The translations under genes were made by a program, and so were the position numbers. Below the pieces are notes generated by a model. It was not told the origin of the DNA. It ran no database searches and was given only the letters and a program-made list of their open reading frames with translations. From a virus (Duplodnaviria; Caudoviricetes), in the IMG/VR virus record IMGVR_UViG_3300033148_003991, positions 1-52,577 of that record: DNA of 52,577 bases. One strand, 5' to 3'. Shown here one piece after another: positions 25,909 through 34,321 of this stretch; position 1 is the first letter of the stretch, and each line of letters opens with the position of its first letter.

Positions 25909-26853
25909 TTACGGATAAGTTACTGTCCCTCGCCGGTTCCACCCTGTTACGGCGGTCCCGTCCAGATTCTGCCCGAGATTCCTCGGGTTGTTCCTCGCGT
26001 CCATATCAATACTTGCGGCCATATACTGATCCGCCAACTCCCTGTGATATCGCTCCCCGTCCTGCTTCCTCGATTCCGCCAGGGCCAGACAACACTCCAA
26101 TAGAGTCTGGGTGTGCATCGCGCCTCCGATAGGATACTCCGTATCGCTGATCATTTTGCCCGGCACGACCCTGTACCTGTAGTACATCGTGTAATTCCCG
26201 CCGGAAGTCGGATACGTCAGCACCTCCCATCTCTGCCCGATCGTTGTGCTGTATGCCACAGGTTGGACCGCGTAGTAGATGGGATGGCCCGTACCACTAC
26301 CCGCCCCCGCCCTCTGCTGGCGGATATACTGGGGACTGCGCGGGTGGACGATGTGTCCACCCTGGTTTACATCGGAGCGGAAATCGTCCACCAAATGCCC
26401 GAAATCATCCGGCAGGGTATAAGTGCCGTCTGAAGTGATCTTGAAACTCGAACCCGTCTTACCGCTGGCGTCTTGTGATACCGTCGCGGTCGTTCCACCT
26501 GTGGAAACAGAGACAATCGGGTAGTTCGTACTGGATATGACGATGTTGTGCCCGACCATGCTATCGTAGAACGTATTCGCTGTCGGGCCGGTGATGGTGC
26601 TCACGCCACAGTCTGCTACACTTGTCCCTACGGACGCCCAGAACGTTATCGTCTTCTCGGGCGCTAGAAAGGACCAGGGATAAGCATGACCTGTACGGGG
26701 ATCGATGCCCATGAGAAACTTCTGGTAGCCGTCGTTGACGTACCGCTTGACTTCCGCGCTGTTGCCGGAGTTGAGGGTCCTTCCATATCCGAGATAATCC
26801 GCCACCTCAGCGTAATAATCCGAGAAGGCCCAAATGAGTGTCGGTTGTGTCAT
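25909..26853 (-). CDS. Head-tail adaptor (tail tubular A-like) with an inserted beta domain
   Basis: YVNDGY...PWSFL, YTLPDDF, G.P.YYA and YPT...Y.MYYRY pattern. Confidence 0.72.
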   Translation of the reverse strand: MTQPTLIWAFSDYYAEVADYLGYGRTLNSGNSAEVKRYVNDGYQKFLMGIDPRTGHAYPWSFLAPEKTITFWASVGTSVADCGVSTITGPTANTFYDSMVGHNIVISSTNYPIVSVSTGGTTATVSQDASGKTGSSFKITSDGTYTLPDDFGHLVDDFRSDVNQGGHIVHPRSPQYIRQQRAGAGSGTGHPIYYAVQPVAYSTTIGQRWEVLTYPTSGGNYTMYYRYRVVPGKMISDTEYPIGGAMHTQTLLECCLALAESRKQDGERYHRELADQYMAASIDMDARNNPRNLGQNLDGTAVTGWNRRGTVTYP

Positions 26854-26862
26854 AAGAGTCCT

Positions 26863-29229
26863 TCATCGCCCCCAGGAAGATGTTGAAGTAGAAGTTGAAG
26901 ATGCGCCCGTACGCGGGGTAAAGCGCCAGTTGGCGTGGTTGTGCCCGCCGTCTTTCATTGTTCGGCAGTCCATTACAATGCCCGGATCGCCGCAGTTCTG
27001 GATTGTGCCGCCCCCGGTGATCGTCGCCCCGGCACTTGCCGTGATCGTGCCGATGTTCGTGCCGTCGAACGTGCCGGTGAGTACAAGGGTCCCCGTGCCG
27101 AAGTTGAACTTGTTGCCGGCTTTATTGCCCGCATCGCCGCCCTGGATGGCGCCGGTCACTGTCGTGGTGCCGGCTCCCATCTTGTACTCGCCGAACCGGG
27201 TATCATTGGCGACATTGCCGACTGTGATGTTGTGGGCAAGCGCGTCCTGGTCATTGGCGTCCAGGGTCCCCGTATCGCCGTTGGAGATCCCCGAAATCCT
27301 GATGTCGCTGCCGGCGGCGTTGAGTGTGCCGGTTATCTTGATGCCGAAGTCGTTACCGAAGATCGTGAGCGTTGCCCCGCCCGTCGTATCCAGCGCCCCG
27401 ATCTCATACGTCGCCGCCGAAGCCCAGATGCGCAGACCCACTGCATTGCTGAGACTGAGGACGTTGTCCGCGTGCTGAATGAGTTTGTCGTTGGCCACGA
27501 GTTTCAGGTCAACTCGGTCTGTCCCGGTGAACTCCCCAGCTCCCAACGTGAGTTCCTCACAAACAACCACGCCCGACGTGGTCGTCGTCTCTCCGGCGGC
27601 CGCCAACGTCAGGTGGTGGAACGTCCCGCCCGCGATGTCCCCAGTCCCCGTCATCGTCCATTCGCCGGTCGAGGTCAGCGTGCCGCCTTCGTCGAGGATG
27701 TCCCCGGCGATGGTGTGGTCGAGGCCCCCGTCGTTATAAGACCCCGCCGTCATCTTCCAGGACCCGCAGCGGAGACAGCAGACGCGAGTCATTGTGGCAG
27801 CTTGTATCTCGACATCGAGATTATCGAGCGCGGCTGCGTCGGAACCCAGATCAAGGTAACCGATAATGTCGCAGGTGAGGGAGTTGCCGGTCGCCATGTT
27901 CGTGTGGTTGACTGAGTTGCCGTTGGCGTCGAAGGAGCCGATAATGTCCAGGGCGCCGTCCGCCCAGTCAACGGAGCCATCCCCGCCGCCGACCGTCAGG
28001 ATGCCATCGAGGGCCGGAGCACCGCCGAGGCCCTGGAGGAACCCGCCGTCCAGATCGACGCCCTTGCCGTCGGCCATCGACAAGGTGGCGTTGGAGAGAG
28101 TCAAGGTTCCAACTGCCGCCGAGATGTTCTGACTGCTGGTGTAGGCTCCATCGATGTGAAGGTAACCGTCCGTGATGGTAGCGCCGGCGAAGTGCGCGCC
28201 GGCAGCGATGTTGGCTAGGCCGTCATTGACCGTGACGAGGCCGATCGAGGCCCCGTTTAGCATGTCCTCGACGGTCACGACCGTGGCATACGCCCCCGTA
28301 AAAGTAAACCCAATCGTCCCTGCGCCGGGGAGGTTGGCGTTGGGGAGAGCGGGGAAGCCCACTTCGCCGCCGTCGGCTGTGAAGGTGTCCCCGTCAACCG
28401 GATGCCGGTTTTCGAGGTAGTTCCCGTCCTCGATCCAGCTTGTGTCTATCGTGGCCCGCCATGTTGCACTGCCTGTTGCCATTGCTCCAACACCTCCCAC
28501 CGATGCGACCAGGGATACCGGGGAGGGCACGATGGTCATTGTTATATTCTTGAGGGCGGGCACCGCTGCGGCCGCCGTAGTCTGGTTGTTCTTCAATTCG
28601 ATGCCGTAGATCAAACTCGCGGGCGCCGGAACCGCGGCCGCGCCCGTGACGGGGTTCGGTAGAATCTCAAAGTTCTCCGCGCCCGCATCCAACTGGCTCG
28701 CCCCGATGTCCCATGCTCCGGCTATCGTGTCCCGCGACGCGCCCTTGTCAATCGACACGTCTATCTCGGGGTAGGTGCCGACATCGCCCGACAGGTCGAG
28801 GCCCTCGCCTATCAGGTCCGACCCCGCCTTCAGGAGCAGATCGGTATCCGCCCATGTGTCCGTCGGGTCCACGAACTGGTCAGCGGTAACGAGGTTAGCT
28901 ATGCCGTTTGTGCCCTCGTCGTCGCCGCTTCCGTCAGATGTGCCATTGTAATCAAGTACACCTGTCGTATCAATAATGTCGGCTCCCGGACTGCCGCCCG
29001 CCGGGACAACAAACGCCGCGTTATTTTGAATAAGAGCTGTTGCAGACGTACATTCCAGGTTGCCGTCGGCATTTTCTCCCCCATTATAATAACACGTGTT
29101 GCATAATACTGCTGACCCTGCTGCCCCATTGGCAAACCATAACCCATTCGTATATCCATAGACAATGTTCCTGTAAATATATCCAGTAGCATCCGAATCG
29201 TCAAGTCTCAGACCTATTGTATTGGCCAA
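26863..29229 (-). CDS. Beta-helix tailspike / receptor-binding protein, 3' part of a frameshifted gene
   Basis: Pectin-lyase-like repeats (IYRNIVYG, IQNNAAF, WDIGA) and a G/T-rich beta-solenoid. The frame is open upstream to about 29332 without a good start. Confidence 0.7.
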   Translation of the reverse strand: MANTIGLRLDDSDATGYIYRNIVYGYTNGLWFANGAAGSAVLCNTCYYNGGENADGNLECTSATALIQNNAAFVVPAGGSPGADIIDTTGVLDYNGTSDGSGDDEGTNGIANLVTADQFVDPTDTWADTDLLLKAGSDLIGEGLDLSGDVGTYPEIDVSIDKGASRDTIAGAWDIGASQLDAGAENFEILPNPVTGAAAVPAPASLIYGIELKNNQTTAAAAVPALKNITMTIVPSPVSLVASVGGVGAMATGSATWRATIDTSWIEDGNYLENRHPVDGDTFTADGGEVGFPALPNANLPGAGTIGFTFTGAYATVVTVEDMLNGASIGLVTVNDGLANIAAGAHFAGATITDGYLHIDGAYTSSQNISAAVGTLTLSNATLSMADGKGVDLDGGFLQGLGGAPALDGILTVGGGDGSVDWADGALDIIGSFDANGNSVNHTNMATGNSLTCDIIGYLDLGSDAAALDNLDVEIQAATMTRVCCLRCGSWKMTAGSYNDGGLDHTIAGDILDEGGTLTSTGEWTMTGTGDIAGGTFHHLTLAAAGETTTTSGVVVCEELTLGAGEFTGTDRVDLKLVANDKLIQHADNVLSLSNAVGLRIWASAATYEIGALDTTGGATLTIFGNDFGIKITGTLNAAGSDIRISGISNGDTGTLDANDQDALAHNITVGNVANDTRFGEYKMGAGTTTVTGAIQGGDAGNKAGNKFNFGTGTLVLTGTFDGTNIGTITASAGATITGGGTIQNCGDPGIVMDCRTMKDGGHNHANWRFTPRTGASSTSTSTSSWGR

Positions 29230-29285
29230 TACTCTCGCATAATTATTATGAATGATACAATGATGGATATGAATAGTACATGGGC

Positions 29286-29543
29286 TCAGGGAGTAGTAGA
29301 TGACGGCAGTGTCTTGGTTGTCGCGCTTACTTCATGCGCCCGCCCGTCATGCTCCGCGCCTGATTGTGCCGTTAAATGTGGGTACTCAGTGGCGGTGTAT
29401 ACGACACTACCGAATGTCACACTCGCAAACACCTCCGCCTTGCACTCCCCCGTGTATTGGTCGTTGGCATCCAGCGCATCCTCCCACGCCTGAATCGTGG
29501 TGTAGGTCTCGCCAGTACCAAGTGTCTCTGTGGCGTTAGGCAT
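29286..29543 (-). pseudogene. N-terminal fragment of the tailspike gene
   Basis: MPNATETLGTGETYTTIQAWEDAL (a YxTIQA-type beta-helix start) stops at 29286, while the -1 frame continues into the 788-aa ORF. Confidence 0.62.
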
Positions 29544-30258
29544 GGATTGCCTCTGCCATGTCAGGGCGAACGACCTTCGCGGACGCCACGGGCTTGTCAA
29601 ATCGCGGATGCACTACCCTGTCGATGTTTGCTATGTCGTCCAACGTATCCCCCGAGAGCCCAATGTCCGTCGCGTAGCGAATCTGCTTGCGCCACACATG
29701 CGCCACGTTGATCTGCGAGTCGCGTATCTCCTCCGGGTCCAACTCCGGCAGAACGGCCCCGGTGTCAGCATCTCGCTCCTCGGTGCCTTGCCAGGACTGT
29801 ACGGTGGCGTCGTCCGCGTCCTCGTTCGTCACGATGAAGTAGGCCCTGCGCTCGTACTCAGACCACAGCCACGTGTCATGCACCTTGACGTCGGAGTCGG
29901 GCGCGAGGGGGAGATCGGATAATACACCGATGGGCTCGATGATGTCCTTCCAGACAGTCAGCGGATAAGCGGTATCCATCAGCAATCGACCCAGCTTGTG
30001 CTGCTCGGTCGGCCGGTCGTGGGCGAGCCACGCTTCGCGGAGTTGCGGCGTCCAGGCATCGCAAAGGTATCGCCAACCAGGGATGTTGCGGAAGTTCTCC
30101 CGCTTTGTGGGGGAGACCAGGTCGCAACATATCTCTAGCCATTTGCGCCGGATGAGCGAATCGCTACAACAAACGATTGTCGAACCCACCGGCCGCCAGG
30201 CGAGATGGCTAGACTTTTGCAGCTTGCGTTCAGTTGTTCGCAGGGCAATCTCAGCCAT
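29536..30258 (-). CDS. Hypothetical protein (tail region)
   Basis: 240-aa ORF coupled to the tailspike start. Confidence 0.65.
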   Translation of the reverse strand: MAEIALRTTERKLQKSSHLAWRPVGSTIVCCSDSLIRRKWLEICCDLVSPTKRENFRNIPGWRYLCDAWTPQLREAWLAHDRPTEQHKLGRLLMDTAYPLTVWKDIIEPIGVLSDLPLAPDSDVKVHDTWLWSEYERRAYFIVTNEDADDATVQSWQGTEERDADTGAVLPELDPEEIRDSQINVAHVWRKQIRYATDIGLSGDTLDDIANIDRVVHPRFDKPVASAKVVRPDMAEAIHA

Positions 30259-30265
30259 GACCGTC

Positions 30266-30697
30266 CTATGTGATCTGGAGAATGCCGTCGGCGTTCCAGG
30301 TTATCGTCACGTCGCCGCCGCCGGGGGTGATCGGGAAGTCGTCGTCGATCCAGGCAATGGGGATAGAGTCGCTATCGTCGGATACGAACTTATAGAGCAA
30401 GAGCCCCGCCGCCTGTCGAGTGCCCGCACCCAGTGCCGTCCAGGTCACATCATCGGCGTCGAACTCGCCTCGGTCGTTGCCCTCGTCCGCGCTGACCGCC
30501 TCGGTCGTAAGTGCCTTGCGCGCGTTGTTGGCCCCGTCGAACTCGTCCAATGTCGTGAACTGGTCGATGAAGGCCTTGTCTTCTTCCGTATCACAGGTGG
30601 TATTGGTCATCACCATCAAGACGCGGATGTCGTCGGTGGCGAAGTTGATGCCTCCGAGTGTCCCGGCCTTGCCGTGCGTGTACCAGAAGTTTGCCAT
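30266..30697 (-). CDS. Conserved virion structural protein
   Basis: INFATDDIRVLMV...FDADDVTWTAL...GGDVTITWNADGILQI pattern, common in phage tail regions. Confidence 0.7.
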   Translation of the reverse strand: MANFWYTHGKAGTLGGINFATDDIRVLMVMTNTTCDTEEDKAFIDQFTTLDEFDGANNARKALTTEAVSADEGNDRGEFDADDVTWTALGAGTRQAAGLLLYKFVSDDSDSIPIAWIDDDFPITPGGGDVTITWNADGILQIT

Positions 30698-30700
30698 TGC

Positions 30701-30997
30701 CTATGCTCCTAGATTACCAGTGTCAAGCGTACCAACATTCCTCAAGACCGAGACGCGGATGGGTATCGTGACGATCTCATTGGGTTGGGGAGGTAGGACA
30801 TCCACTTCGCGCATGAGCCGCTCGTGGCCGTTGGGGAATCGCAGGATCACCTGATAGCGACCGGCGTTCTTCGTGCGGGCGTAGCTCCACTCCTTGTCTC
30901 GCATGGGCTCGCCCTCGTGGAGGGTATCGCTGCGGAGGACGCGGGGGTCGCTGATGATGACCCGGTCGTTCTTATCCATCGGTGTCAGTTCTGGCAT
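30701..30997 (-). CDS. Hypothetical protein
   Basis: GGAGG RBS, in operon. Confidence 0.6.
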   Translation of the reverse strand: MPELTPMDKNDRVIISDPRVLRSDTLHEGEPMRDKEWSYARTKNAGRYQVILRFPNGHERLMREVDVLPPQPNEIVTIPIRVSVLRNVGTLDTGNLGA

Positions 30998-31000
30998 GTC

Positions 31001-31450
31001 TTACCTCCCGAATACCGTGGCGGAGACGTTTGCGGTCTGGCCTGAAGTCTTGGCCCGCACATGCAGATAGGTCATGCCTCGCACCGGAATGCGGTCGGTC
31101 TGGTCCTTCACGTAAAAGGCCGGTGTACTACCACTGTAGGTCGAACCCGCAGTCGAGCCGATCGCGTAAACCGAAGCGTCCGCCACGGCGAGATGGACCT
31201 CCTGTGGTACGCTCACGGCACCCGTAACCAAGAGCAGTGCGGACCCACCGGCTGTCCAATGGGCGGTGGAGCCACCCCAAGTGCCCAAGGCTTGCGGTAT
31301 GCCCGGCTGCAAGAGGTTCGCCGCCGACGCCTCGGTCAAATGGTTGACGGAGGCCCCGGACCGAGAGCAGACGTTCACTCGCATGAGCGTGCTGGCGCCG
31401 GTCGCCGAGTTCACTCGGAGATGATCGCCCGCGAGATATGTTTTTGCCAT
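31001..31450 (-). CDS. Putative virion protein
   Basis: A/G/S/T-rich, GGAGG RBS. Confidence 0.6.
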   Translation of the reverse strand: MAKTYLAGDHLRVNSATGASTLMRVNVCSRSGASVNHLTEASAANLLQPGIPQALGTWGGSTAHWTAGGSALLLVTGAVSVPQEVHLAVADASVYAIGSTAGSTYSGSTPAFYVKDQTDRIPVRGMTYLHVRAKTSGQTANVSATVFGR

Positions 31451-31474
31451 TAGTAACCCTCCAAAGGTAAGCCA

Positions 31475-31498
31475 CCCGGGGGCCGCTAAGCCCCCAGG
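31475..31498 (-). terminator. GC-rich hairpin after the capsid/decoration genes
   Basis: CCTGGGGGC-TTAGCG-GCCCCCGGG, with a weak U tail. Confidence 0.4.
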
Positions 31499-31526
31499 CA
31501 GCGGGCGGGAAAGGAGAAGCCTTCCC

Positions 31527-32171
31527 TTAAGCTCGCTTCATGATCCCAGCCTTCTTCAAGGCGGTGATTATGGCGGCGATGTCCACGGTGTTTTTGGCCG
31601 CATAATCGGCAAGCCGCTTCAGGTCGGCCGCGAGCGTGGCGGTCGAGCCTGCAACGGCGACAGTACCACCAGTGGTCCCGCCTGTGAGAGTTGGAGCGCT
31701 AGGGGTGACCATATCCGCCATGCCGGCGGCCTTCAGCTCGCACAGAACCGCTTGAGGCGTGGCTACCGCGTTCACGGTCTCCATCGCAACGGCAATGTAG
31801 CGATTCGTGGAACTTGCCGCTCCCGCGGCGAACGTCCCACCAACAACGCCAAGCTGTGTCTCGGTGGCCGTGCAACTGACACCGGTCCAAACCTCGACCA
31901 TCTTCCCGGCACTCAAGGCTCGACCGGGCTCGATAATCTGAATCAGACCCGGGGTGACTTGACCGTCGGATTCGGGAGCCACGACACCAGCAAATGAATC
32001 CCTGTTGCTGTTGCCGCTTAGCGGCTTCTCAACCGTCCATGCACCGTCAAGCGACCCGCCCGACTTGAGGTTGCGGTTCCAGCACATCAACCACCCACCC
32101 TTGAGGGTGGTCGTGCCGGCATAATACACGGTTCTCTTGTCAACACTCTCGTTCTTGTAGGTAACAGCCAT
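31527..32171 (-). CDS. Capsid decoration/cement protein
   Basis: Directly after the MCP; FAGVV and IAVAMETV motifs; C-terminal IITALKKAGIM head-fibre-like tail. Confidence 0.62.
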   Translation of the reverse strand: MAVTYKNESVDKRTVYYAGTTTLKGGWLMCWNRNLKSGGSLDGAWTVEKPLSGNSNRDSFAGVVAPESDGQVTPGLIQIIEPGRALSAGKMVEVWTGVSCTATETQLGVVGGTFAAGAASSTNRYIAVAMETVNAVATPQAVLCELKAAGMADMVTPSAPTLTGGTTGGTVAVAGSTATLAADLKRLADYAAKNTVDIAAIITALKKAGIMKRA

Positions 32172-32188
32172 TTCTGTTGACCCTCCTG

Positions 32189-33316
32189 TTACGCGACCAC
32201 CGCGCTGATGATGCCACCGGCGCGCTGTCTGTTGGTGCAAACGAAGTTGAATTGCAGGTCCACAAACGTAGTGAACACATCATGCTGCCGGCGGTCGTTC
32301 ATCGGACCCGTCTCGCGGAACCAGTCGCCCTCCATCACGAACGGCTTGAAGTACTTGTGATTGATCGCGTAGAACGGATAAGTCGTGTCCGTGCCGAGCG
32401 AGTAGTCCAACTGCTCAGCCCAAATCACCGGGAACCCCTTAACGAGCGTTCTCCCGGCGTACTTCGCGATGTCCGCACCGAGCTGGTCGTTGCCGGCCCT
32501 TGCCCGGTTCTCGAACGCTTCGATAAGCTCTTCACCCGCGTACAGACGGAGGTTCGCGAAGCCACCGCTGTTCAAGTCCTTTGCGAAGACCGGAGTGTGG
32601 AATCGGAGCCGTCGGAGCATCCGAGCGATCTTCGTGATGTCGTCCTCCGTTATGGTTCCGTCGAAGCTCGCGGCCGCACTCCACCTGTCGGCGTAGTTCT
32701 TCCACCGCGAGCAATCGGGATCGGTAACGGTCGGGTCAATACCCCCGCAATCCGCGGCGGCAGCACCACCGGAGTAATATGGCAGTGACCCGACATGCCC
32801 GTAGGTCAAGTTCGTAACGATGGGCGTAATCCACATCGGAATGCCGTGCGGGTTCAACTTGTCGCTCGAACTCGATGGGGACCGCCAAGCCCTTTCCTCC
32901 AACTTGATGGCGATGTTCTCCATCGCCGAAATGCGCTTGGTCTTGATGAGCTTGATGAGCGCCGGCCGGTTGCGGTTCCTGGACATCTCCTGTCGGGAGA
33001 TCGACCAGTGATCGGTCAACTGCGTCCATTCGACCGCAATCCTCGCCTGGAGGTCGGGAACGGTCGGCTCTTCGGTAGCGTAAGCGCTGGTGAAGTGGGC
33101 GGTCCCGCTCTCAGTCACCTGAACGGCCTTCTCGATGCGCGTGCCGCCATCGAACTCGACCTTGTCCTTGGTGAACCATTGATTGGCAACCGGCCACTCG
33201 TGAAACTTCTGAAGGGTCTCGAACTTGCCGTCCCACGGCTTGTTCGCCAACGTCACCTTCAGAAGGTCCCTCAAAGTATCATTTTCGAGGTCTCTTGAAT
33301 CAGTGAAATCAACCAT
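32189..33316 (-). CDS. Major capsid protein (HK97 fold)
   Basis: 375 aa between the scaffold and decoration genes; DGGTRI, GIDP, YAINHKYF and NFVCTNR.R.G motifs. Confidence 0.85.
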   Translation of the reverse strand: MVDFTDSRDLENDTLRDLLKVTLANKPWDGKFETLQKFHEWPVANQWFTKDKVEFDGGTRIEKAVQVTESGTAHFTSAYATEEPTVPDLQARIAVEWTQLTDHWSISRQEMSRNRNRPALIKLIKTKRISAMENIAIKLEERAWRSPSSSSDKLNPHGIPMWITPIVTNLTYGHVGSLPYYSGGAAAADCGGIDPTVTDPDCSRWKNYADRWSAAASFDGTITEDDITKIARMLRRLRFHTPVFAKDLNSGGFANLRLYAGEELIEAFENRARAGNDQLGADIAKYAGRTLVKGFPVIWAEQLDYSLGTDTTYPFYAINHKYFKPFVMEGDWFRETGPMNDRRQHDVFTTFVDLQFNFVCTNRQRAGGIISAVVA

Positions 33317-33342
33317 TATCGTCTCCTATGCGGAGACGCCCC

Positions 33343-34299
33343 TCAGACATCCTGGAAAAAGCGCACTCCCAACCTTTGTTGTTCCTTGGCCATCGCATCC
33401 ATCGCCTTCTCGTCTCCGGTCGGTGCCGTTCGAGTCGAGCGATTTTTGTTCGGGCGCGGAACCTGGTGTTTGCGCCTATCCTCAGCGTTCCTCCGAGCAG
33501 TCTCCACCTGTGCGTCCGGGGCTTCGATTAGAAGCGCCCGTTGCAATGCTTCCTCAAAATCCATAGGGGTACCGGACGCAAGCTGCCGGCCCAGGGCAAT
33601 CTCGTTAGCCGTGTCCCAGACCTTGTTTCTTGCCATCATCTCCGGGCCGTTACGGTCCAGACCGGTGCCCCTACCCTCACCAAACTGCGGATAGGCCTTA
33701 GCGTCCAAGGACGCAAAAAACGCATCCGCGGTACGTTCCGATTCCGCCAACTGGGCGGCTTGGGAACTCTTCTGGAACCCCGCCATCATCTCTCGCATCA
33801 CGTTCACTTCGTTGACTAGCGAGCCCAGGAACTCCGCATCCTTGGCTGGATAGACCTCCGGGTCGAACGTGTGCTCAAGCTTCTTCGGGGGTTCCGGCGG
33901 CGTGGCTTCCGGCACAGTTCTTGCCGCCTTCTCGCCTCGCCCCAACTCGCTGTATCGTCGTCCGATATCCGAGCTGGTCTTGACCAGACGTGCGGCAAAG
34001 TCCTTGCCCTTCTCCCCGAGGGCGTTCAAGTCGTCCTCGGACATGCCAAACTGCTTCGCGGCGTTCACTTCCTGTGTGGTCCAGGTGGACTCGGTACTGT
34101 CGGCGGTAGACTCAGACTCCGCTTCTTCGGGGGTGTCCCCTTCTTCAGGGGCCGCTCCCTCCTGGGAGTCGTCTTTGTCATCCGGCGCAGGCGCGTCGTC
34201 GTCCTTCGTTTCAGGTCCTGACTCCGTCAAATCGAAACCAGCATTTTCCAACTGGTCCTGCTGCATGGGGGTCAACATCCCCAAATCCTCTTCACTCAT
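33343..34299 (-). CDS. Capsid scaffolding protein
   Basis: Acidic disordered N-terminus and helical C-terminus, immediately upstream of the MCP. Confidence 0.72.
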   Translation of the reverse strand: MSEEDLGMLTPMQQDQLENAGFDLTESGPETKDDDAPAPDDKDDSQEGAAPEEGDTPEEAESESTADSTESTWTTQEVNAAKQFGMSEDDLNALGEKGKDFAARLVKTSSDIGRRYSELGRGEKAARTVPEATPPEPPKKLEHTFDPEVYPAKDAEFLGSLVNEVNVMREMMAGFQKSSQAAQLAESERTADAFFASLDAKAYPQFGEGRGTGLDRNGPEMMARNKVWDTANEIALGRQLASGTPMDFEEALQRALLIEAPDAQVETARRNAEDRRKHQVPRPNKNRSTRTAPTGDEKAMDAMAKEQQRLGVRFFQDV

Positions 34300-34321
34300 C
34301 TTGCTCTCCAATGACACTCCC

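Noticed and set aside
28940-29340. Diversity-generating retroelement variable region in the tailspike
   Set aside because: I found no reverse transcriptase and no template-repeat copy in the genome.
13763-33298. Many long plus-strand ORFs opposite the structural genes
   Set aside because: These are typical antisense shadows of GC-rich coding sequence. Only 21028-22017 has promoter and RBS support.
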